From Catajapyx aquilonaris (Eukaryota): a DNA stretch of 41,748 nt. The stretch is taken from NCBI GenBank assembly GCA_000934665.2, contig KZ538897.1, positions 1 to 41,748 on the forward strand. Reading direction: 5' to 3'. This document shows positions 33,161-41,748 of this stretch, one piece after another. The number at the start of each line of letters is the position of its first letter. Position 1 is the stretch's first letter. The notes under the pieces were generated by a model. The model saw nothing but the letters and a program-made list of their open reading frames with translations, was not told where the DNA came from and searched no databases. A program made the translations under genes and the position numbers.

Positions 33161-36100
33161 GGGGGGGGGGGCACCGGCTCGCAAAGCGAGTATGTAGTAT
33201 ATGCTCCCTGACTTCAATTTCCACGTCTGACGCATCGGGACAATGTCGCTAGCAGCAGTATGACGGAATTAATGTGCAGCACTGGACAAACAATAATAAT
33301 GGTAAGTGTATCAAGCATGTGAAATCAAGTGTATGAAACTTCCTGATTAGCTTATTTTGTTTTGATGAGGAGACAGGGACAGGACAAACGTAATTCACAC
33401 TAATTGGATTCAGTATCCCTTCGAGGTTATGAATTAGCTCGGAGCTCCGGTGCAGATAACAGCAGTATAAACAGAGACGGTCCGAGCACCGTTTATCCGC
33501 TTTAAATGGTAGAGGTGTCCATGGTCAGGTGGATTGTTAAGAGGGCCTTTGTTGAGGCGCGATTAGATATGTACAATACCTATATATGTCTAAGACCATG
33601 GTGAAGGGGTGATCAGTTGGAGAGTTTGATGTGTTTACAGGTTTCAGGTTTGTGGTCGAGGAGGAAAAGGGCTTATGCAGATGTATAGATATAGTTAAGT
33701 TGTGAAGTGGGTTAGGGAGAATGTTGGGGATACGTTTGAAAGTGGTTAGGACTAGGATTGTGGTAGCAGCTGTTTATGAGCTAGTTAACTCGCCGAATAT
33801 TAATGTTAATAAAATAACCTCTTTACGAGGTTACACTAGGACTAGGTGGATAAAACTGAACACCTGAACTGCAATACTAGGTCATAATAGAAGTTAATAC
33901 TTTGGGACAAAAAAAAGTATTGGCAATATAAGTCTGTTTGTGACATTAAGTAAACATTCCCGGTCTTGTTTGAAGTCAGGGCCTAAGGCGGAAATTTGTG
34001 ATCACTTTTTTCCAAGTCGGAACATGAATTACAGTGCAGTCCTAGGTTGAATGTTTGTTCCAATACAGAGAGATGCTTGCATCCTGTGGTATGATTGTAA
34101 CTGTCATGGTGGTGCAACCCTAAGCAGTACTATACCCCTCCCGACCAACCGTATTTTTAGTCGAATGATAAGGTCGATTGTATGGACTGAAAATACAAGT
34201 TGGTCAGGAAGGCACTGAGTGGGATGGAGCGGAACTTAAGTATCGGTCTCGAAATTTCGGGGGACACTAGCAAGTGTTGCTGTACCCGCAACCTGTGCTT
34301 TTAAGCGTACGGTTTTATCACTGACCAACATTGCTCTATCCGTGTAAACAGCCACATGAAAATTATTATAACCCTGAAAAAGGGCAATAACATTTCTAAA
34401 TTTTGTATAGGTGTAACAGGCAGCAATAATGTTGCGCATACCTCGTTATGTAGCGTGTAACAATAAGGAGATGGTTGAACTTTTTTGCGTAATGAAGTTT
34501 CGGATAGTCCTATATCACTGAATTGAAATTTCGTCGTTGATTTATATGGCTGCGTACTAGCCTTCACAGGTTGTACGTCATAGCTGGCGAAATATTTAGA
34601 GAAAAAAGGCAATTTATTTACGAACCTAATGTAGGTTCTCTTACGTGTACACTTCAGTTTCACGCTGTAGTGATCGACATGAAAGGGCGTAAATGGAATT
34701 TAAATATATCACTCGACATCTGTGTCCTATATATTTTTGATATTATTTAATTGCACTTTGTGGCTACAACGTGGGATTGAGTATACTCTTGACGTCATAA
34801 AAACTGAAATCAATTCATAGACTACTAAAGGAGCTAGTAAAAACCTATACAGTATAACAGTATAGCATTAGAAATCAGAGTGGTAGAGATGATATTATTT
34901 GACACGGGCACACTCTCCACATCACTTAAAAGGCAATAATTTAATAATCATCCACATTGGTTATTCATTAATGTGGAATACACGTAAGCCGGGTGGGAAA
35001 ACGTCATTGAGTGGTTGAGACATCTGACAAAATAGTGCTATATCTGAGCATATGAGAATAGATATTCACGATATCGTGATTATTAAAACCGTCTAAGCAA
35101 CTCCAACCTGTTGATCATCTACTGTGCACTATGCGATTGAACCGCATGGAGCGCACAGATCAAGCTGAGTCACAAAATTCAAAATGGTCAACAAGGCTAT
35201 ACAAGAACATACCTTACCTGCTGGTGCAAAGGACCTTGATGGACGCTGTAGTGTGTCCGGAACTTGTCACCAAATGACAGGCTTTGTGGACACCTTGTCC
35301 CCTATATATAGTGGGTACCAACCACCTCCTCCACAACCTTCAATGGGCAGCAATCCAAACACGCCCACCACTCGACACACCCAGCCTGATAATTAAGTGG
35401 ATGGTGTACGTACGTACACGAGGGAGGAGCCTTTCGACTACGATATATGCCAGAACGTCCAAGATGAGACTCCCCGGAATGATTCGTCTCCAGGTCCTGA
35501 TAAAGGACGTGACGCATCAGACGGAACTCGACTATTTGCCACCCTAATGAGTAGGGAATTCTGTTTGGCAAACGGATCTTTCAGATGCCGCCTTCATTTA
35601 TTCGGACACCGTCGTACCATATTGACATTTTTGAAGGCTGAAGCCTCGACAATACGACCAGAAAATTTTTTCAGAGTTCCAAGTTCGGCATACACATTCC
35701 GCCCCATTGTGGTAAAGCAATATTGAGGTGGTTACGTCACACCTGAGGCCACCTGCCGCTTCCACCATTCGTGTTCCAGCTTTTATTAGTTGATCCACTG
35801 ACGTCCGGAGAGATAGGCCAGTTCATTAGGATGAAGCAAGACAAAAGTGGACAGGATCCCAACTGTCAGGGTACTCTGATCTGATTGCAATTTACTGCTG
35901 ATATCTATGGAAAAAGAGCCACTTGCGTTGATATCAGCACTGACACCTCTTCTGGTGACTGCTCTATCTTTAGCAGGCGCTGGAGTTCATTAGATCGGTC
36001 GGATTGCTGGGCTATAATAGTTGGATATATGCCTGGGTGGATGGATTCTCAATTTGCGAGGTCATCGACAGCGGCAATGACCGGAGAGGGCTGATGGTAT

Positions 36101-37458
36101 CTAATTGGGGTGCAGGAAATTCGTATTAGGTTCACCTTGTCCTCCTATTGGTTGATACATGTTTTGCAAATGATGAGCTAGACTGCGTTGCTTCCGAGAA
36201 TAAATTGAACCTGTTTCTCTAAAAGCCTTTTTTTGACTGGCACAAAATTTTGTACATAGTCCTAAACAAAGAGACAAAATTTTGCAATTTTCCCGAATTG
36301 TTACCGTCCAATTCTGAATCCAAGATGGCTACCGCTCGCAATGCTAATGTGAATTAAAATACTGCACTTGTGTAAATCAAATACTGTACATCACGGAATT
36401 GTCTTCTATTGTTTCTCCATCTCCTGAAAATTTTTAGCAGCTGTAAGATATTAAGGAATATGTTTATGAATGATTTTGGAAGCATTAAATGAACCTAAAT
36501 ATTATTTTCTGAACCGTCAGTTCCATGCCTCGATAGACAAATTGGGCTCTAAAAGTAAAAAAAAAAAATGAAAACTGCTGGTATTGTGAGTCTGTCAAAA
36601 GGAAACTTCCAAATTGCAAAAGGTCTGGTCAAAGAGAAGTAATCAGCAAGGAAAAAGTCACCAACAAAGAAACTATAATTTGGGACACGAATTGGCAAAG
36701 TGAATGAGAAAATGCGATGCAAATGATCGAAACTACAGCCCCTTTTTGGGAGACCCCCCTAAGAGACCTGGCTACCGGTAAAATAACGTGGATACGTGGA
36801 AGCTTGCAGGTGAGGTAATGAGATGTGCACCCCATTTGCTGTTCATTACAGCTGCGGTCCATCTCCTTCCGGCGCTGCAATTGAACTCGTGTCCAGGTTG
36901 ACTCTGATTATTAGTATTATTATTAGGGGAGTGAAGTGGCTGCGGTGTTTGCCAGCCAATCAGGGTAAGGATGGTCCCTATGGTATACTGCGGATGACAG
37001 TTCGCCTTGTGCCCTCACTTTTGGGGTAGAGGTGAGCAGGGACTGTACGACCCACAAGTACTTATTATGAGCTTCAGGGACGCTGAGTCCTAACGCAAAC
37101 TCATGCACTTCCGACCATTTCAATCACTTTTGTCTGCCTCTCAAGTTGTTGTCTTTAGTCCTCCTAAGGAACAGAGGCGCGTCTCCCACGGACCAGACGG
37201 CTTTTGGCTTTTGGACTCATCGCCCACTGGTTTGCACCTAGCCAACTGCCTATACCAACCCCGGTATCGTCACATCCACATCCTCACCCTCATGATGCAT
37301 TTTCATATAGAGCATAATCTGCAAAACGATGTATCAGGAATATTACCGTCATTTGGGGTGAGATTGTGCCAGGTGGGGTGAGATTGTGCCAGGTGGGGTG
37401 AGATTGTGCCAGCACATTTTTGGACAACAGTGCGTCCTACTGGCAGTAAGCGAATTTA

Positions 37459-37560
37459 AGGTGCGTTTACATTTGACGAGCGAAATCTTCGCCGAGACTA
37501 AGTAACCAATATTGTTGAGGCGAGCCTCGGCGAAGATTTCGCTCACATGTAAACGCACCT
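37459..37560. mobile_element. PIF/Harbinger (Tourist-like) MITE (102 bp)
   Basis: TIR AGGTGCGTTTACAT / ATGTAAACGCACCT with a TTA duplication on both sides. Confidence 0.85.
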
Positions 37561-37574
37561 TTACTACATTGAGG

Positions 37575-37929
37575 CAGGGAGCATATACTACATAAGAGGC
37601 GCAAACATTCTATTTCCGCGTCTTTCTGTTTGGGCTGGCGGCCATTTTGAAGTGTGGGCAACGCCAACGAGGTATAAATAGGGTACAGGCGAAGATAGGG
37701 TCCGCCATCTTTGATTCACGCGTGTTCTTGCCGTGTAGTTGCCATGGCCGCCAAAACCATCAAAGATGGCGGACCCTATTTTTGCCTGTACCCTATTTAT
37801 ACCTCGTTGGCGTTACCCACACTTCAAAATGGCCGCCAGCCTTGGCAACGGCCCCAAACAGTGAGACGCGGACATCAAAGGCGCCAACAGAAGTTTGCGC
37901 CTCTTATGTAGTGTAGTATATGCTCCCTG
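37575..37929. mobile_element. P-superfamily-like MITE (355 bp)
   Basis: TIR CAGGGAGCATATACTACA..., perfect 7-bp TSD attgagg, palindromic interior. CA-N-RG termini with 7-8-bp TSDs fit the P superfamily. Confidence 0.82.
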
Positions 37930-38727
37930 ATTGAGGGATGAGTAAGGTTGGCAATGACGAGTAAATTTCACGGTAGGGCGCACTACTGTCCCAAAAAATG
38001 CGTTGGCACAATCTTACCCCAATTGACGGTACTTCTTTAATTTTTCGCACTTTAATCTTTCATAATCCTGAGGGGTGGAGTTTAGGCCAAGGCTTGCTAA
38101 TTATGTGAGAGCCTTACTGTACCAAAGTGACCGTATGCACTACACTCTGAGTAATTTACATGCGCATCAGAACTGGGTGGATTATACCTTACCTGTGATG
38201 ATATTTCAAAGGTATATCTTGAAGGACGGATTCGAGGCGGATTCGGGGCATCTAGTGAGACACGGAAAGGCATTTGAAATAGAAAATGCTGTTATGATGA
38301 TATGATTTTGTATATGGAGACTATATTTAGCACACAGAAACGACACAGAGAGAGTCGAAATTGCATTGTTCATTCTGCGCAAAGGAATCAAAGTGGTGAG
38401 GCAGGAAGCTTTTTCCATCTACCTCTCATTTATTTGCTTTCACATATCCTGTGAATCTGGTCAAAAATAGCAATCTGGGATATACTGTATTGCCTTGATT
38501 CGTGCTTCCTTATTATTTCACAATATTTGTGTTCCCACTGCTAATAACTATTGCACTTGATACATTTTGCAGTCAGCTAATAAGTTATGCGCACTTTCGA
38601 GGTCGTCCTTAAATTGTAATTATTTCAACTATGTCTACATATTTGAAATCATCCTTCCAAAATAATTTTCAAATCTGAGTTTGGCACCAATTTAGGCTAG
38701 GTCGTGTTTATTTTTTGTCCAAGATGA

Positions 38728-40194
38728 GAGGAATGCAAGTGGGTACTCGACCTTTGTCATGGAAAGTGTCGTCCAATTTAGTGAGCCGCCTACCAGAACG
38801 CCCTCGGTTTGCTCTCGTTATGTTGCAGATTAAGCCTAAATTCATTACAAAGCCCTTGAAAGACGCGCAGAAAATTTCCGGCAGTTTTTGTTGACCTTTC
38901 TTCTTCAGATTAGTTAATAGTGGGGTGGTCTTCACATGTTGCCTTTGCCAGAACATCCTGCCTCCCCACATTTTATCTCCGCAGCCCTTTCTAATGAGAT
39001 TTTCTCGTCATTGGGAAACCCTTCATGCTATCCATATCGGGACTATAGATGAACATAGGGGCTTCAATGGGATGTGCGACGGTGTTTCAAAATAGTGCAC
39101 TCAACAGGTATTTTTAAGGCACCAGAATGGAAGGTGGACTGAGATGAAACTGTCAAAAAAGCGAGTCTATCGATGCAGGTGAAAATGGGGACTGTCGTGT
39201 GATATTATGGTGCTAATTCTACTCAACGAGCAGTTGTTCTGGCATAATTTTCATAGTTGTCTTAATAAGCGTCACTGGCACAATAGGAATATTATGTAAA
39301 GTGAATTACACGCCTGCTTTATAACACACAGCGGCTATGAAATGGAAATGAGTAAATAATTGAAACGGTCATTTTGAAAAGGGCAATATAAACTTTTTTT
39401 TTGTCAAAATGAACTGCTGATGCAGAAGTATCATATGATTGGGAATGCATCGAATGAGATTGAAAACGTCATCATGCCATACTCCGGTCATGGTGAACTG
39501 ATGCCACTGAGTTTGAAAGGGGCAATATTCAGGGACTAATCTCATCCTCCTATAAGCTTCTTAAGGTACAATTGCCACCTGAAATGCCAAGTACCACAGC
39601 CTATGAAGGGAGAGTGCCAATCAAGTCTCAAAAGCTAGAAAACATATATCCAAGGAGATGAAGTATGTATTCAAACTACATCACCTTTTATGATGATATC
39701 ATGACTTGACAGACTGAGGAGAAAGAAAGTGACCCTGAAAAAGAGGACTGATAACACTGTCATCATCTCATGTTTGTACGAGTACGTTTCAAATCAAATA
39801 ATATGTACACAATACAACTCCTTTACAAATAATGCATTGTACAGTGATTTTGAAAAGGGCATTATTCCAACAATTTCAATTCCATATTGCAACAATGTGA
39901 AGCGATGGGTGGGTAACAGGTGAATGTTGTGTAATACACTGTGACTTTCAGAACAAAACTGATATTTCACATTTTTGATAGAGAGCACCATTTAAATAAT
40001 ATTAAGTTTTTCTTGTGTCCTGAAAAAAGGGAGGTTCGTGGAATCTTGCCCTTTTCAAAATCACCGATTCAATTATTAGTAAATAATTATTGTTTCTCAG
40101 GCTTGTTTATTTGCAATCGCTACTTCATCTGTCCTATATACATAAAAACGTGTCGTAATCGAGTGAAGTGGAGCGAAACTCATTTGCATTTCTC
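38728..40194 (+). mobile_element. Degenerate DNA transposon, possibly Sola-type, with a transposase C-terminal remnant
   Basis: Imperfect TIR gaggaatgcaagtgggt vs reverse complement of right end gagaaatgcaaatgagt. Frameshifted remnant AYEGRVPIKSQKLENI.../FYDDIMT near 39600-39710. Repeated ttttgaaaagggca motifs. No TSD. Confidence 0.35.
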
Positions 40195-41748
40195 AGTGTT
40201 TGATGTTGGAAAAATAAACACCATTAATTAGGTAGGCATTTAAAAATAATGCTCCACCAAATGAAAGGACGGCTTTGTTTCTGGGATAGGGGTCTACTAT
40301 TATCATTTGGACCACTAGTGTATAATTGTGAGCCTGTACAAACAGAAAGCCTATGTAGACCCGGAACACGACATAAATAAATTTTCACAATATGTTACAG
40401 CCAAAAATTAACAAAAATTGCCTTTCCCTATGTAACCTATCACACTTCCAACGTAATTGTTATTTATAGCTTGAAAACAAATAGACCAATATTGTTGAAG
40501 GAAGTCAGGTGGTAAATGAGCTGACAATGCTGACTGATTACTCGAAGATCTTCAAACAGATTTTAAATACAGCAGGATTATTAACTCTTTGCGCAACCCC
40601 GTTTTGTGGCGAGTTTATTATTTGAAAGTATCAAATACGTACCTTGTATATTGTCGATAATTATGATATATCATAATATATCATATGAGTAAACTACAAT
40701 CATTATGTATGATGTTGAAAATGTCAACCGCCACAGTGGATGGTGCGGCGCGTCATAAAAAACACGTGGAAAAGTTAGTAATCATTATGTTTCTCATTAG
40801 CTACTAAAGTCGCAAATGTCGTACACTTCTCTGCCTTGTTGCAATCGATCATTAGTATCATAAGCTTCTTTTTGGTCAATTTGCACATCGAAGTTAAAAA
40901 TTTCCAAGAAAATCAACGTTTCCAATTCTGTCCGCCTAAATGAGCTTCCCGGCCCACTGTGCGCCCTATTAGGCTACTGCAATCGCACGTTTGATGTTTT
41001 GTTTTACGTCTGTTCAGTTGTCCCAGATCGGAGCTTGCTAATTTTTATCAAATTAGTGGATAATCCAACTGACTTTCGCATGATTACTTGCATCAAAATG
41101 GAGTGACTAACCTGACAAGTTGGATAAGCATGAATTAAATCCTAAACTTCTTTAGAAACCAAATGATTTCAAGTGGATTGTTGAATTGTTTATTTTGGTC
41201 TAATCAACAATCCTGGAAAGCGGCTTGCTTTTATCACGATTTGCCGCTTTTTTATATAGAATCTCGAACGTACCGGCTACACTACAATACAATCAGACAA
41301 TCACAAGCACAATCACTTAATCAAAGACTTAATTGTGATTAAGTTAGTAGATTATGGTTTATAATGAGTTATGATGGTTATGATTAAGTTTATTAGAATT
41401 TTTAAAATTTCCCCCTGACCTTTTTCCTTTATTATTAACCCTTGAAGTGTTTTCTCTCTATTGTAGACTTTCGTGCTTCTACCCGCCTGCGGCATTTGAA
41501 ATGTTTCTTCTATTTTTGTTATAACTATGGCCCCTAGTGATTATCAGGCAGTAAGGAGTAAGCTGCTTATTATCAAGCAGTTACTTTCTGCCCTAGAGCC
41601 TAGAGCTAGACTATCCACTTGCGAGGCCCTTCCCAATCCCCCACCCTCATGACCGGCGTCGTGGATCGTTTAATTGTAATTAAGACAAGAAAACCCATTG
41701 AGAGGCGGATAAAAATAGGACCTCGGCGGGCTCCTTGAATTTTGCCCC

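Larger units (their letters stand above)
31959..33190 (+). mobile_element. Two head-to-tail Helitron-like copies of a second family
   Basis: Both begin (ta)taaagccccaat and end gggggg...caccggctcgcaaagcgag (hairpin) near 32231 and 33190. The canonical CTAG end is not intact, so boundaries are approximate. Confidence 0.5.
31626..33210. mobile_element. P-superfamily-like MITE, interrupted copy
   Basis: Same family as 37575-37929 in the opposite orientation. Ends CAGGGACCATATACTACATA and TATGTAGTATATGCTCCCTG; 7-bp TSD acttcga/acttcaa; interrupted at about 31957-33190. Confidence 0.8.
31401..33284. mobile_element. Palindromic MITE, outer layer of a nest
   Basis: Left arm 31401-31528 is mirrored by a right arm split into about 31567-31625 and 33211-33284. 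Termini cagtgttggatattaat / attaatgtgcagcactg. No TSD seen. Confidence 0.7.
37346..38029. mobile_element. TA-flanked pogo/Tc-like MITE carrying two nested MITEs
   Basis: TA|CCGTCATTTGGGGTGAGATTGTGCCA ... TGGCACAATCTTACCCCAATTGACGG|TA. A 20-bp subterminal motif is triplicated at the left end. Confidence 0.85.

Noticed and set aside
31391..33235. Long ORFs of 102-197 aa
   Set aside because: They run through GC-rich palindromic MITEs, Helitron-like copies and N gaps, with no recognisable domain.
35184..36094. Cluster of short ORFs in GC-richer DNA
   Set aside because: No recognisable domain or consistent exon chain; possibly a decayed element.
40732..40961. Transib-like CACAGTGG...CCACTGTG ends
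   Set aside because: Inverted match is only 8 bp and the 5-bp flanks (accgc/cgccc) do not form a TSD.

Overview
AT-rich eukaryotic genomic DNA, most consistent with an arthropod (arthropod-type calcitonin A/B, CCRFamide, a divergent ionotropic receptor, TATA+TCAGT initiator, many MITEs and Helitrons). Most ORFs in the track are spurious; the real genes need splicing. Three genes are supported. (1) A CCRFamide precursor on + (CDS 6399-6779, probable non-coding first exon 4733-4843). (2) A calcitonin-type gene on - spanning about 24.8 kb down to about 7.6-8.5 kb: signal-peptide exon 17570-17673, shared exon 10377-10466, then either a calcitonin-A exon (9883-10111, one peptide) or a calcitonin-B exon (8464-9238) with six disulfide-ringed, Pro-amidated paracopies of three sequence types. 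(3) An intronless 626-aa divergent ionotropic receptor (13381-15261, +) lying antisense inside the 7.1-kb calcitonin intron. The two neuropeptide genes are tail-to-tail. Beyond 25 kb no host gene is supportable; that part holds non-autonomous transposons, including a four-level nest and a two-insert nest. Exon joins were inferred by eye from splice consensus and phase; none is transcript-verified.
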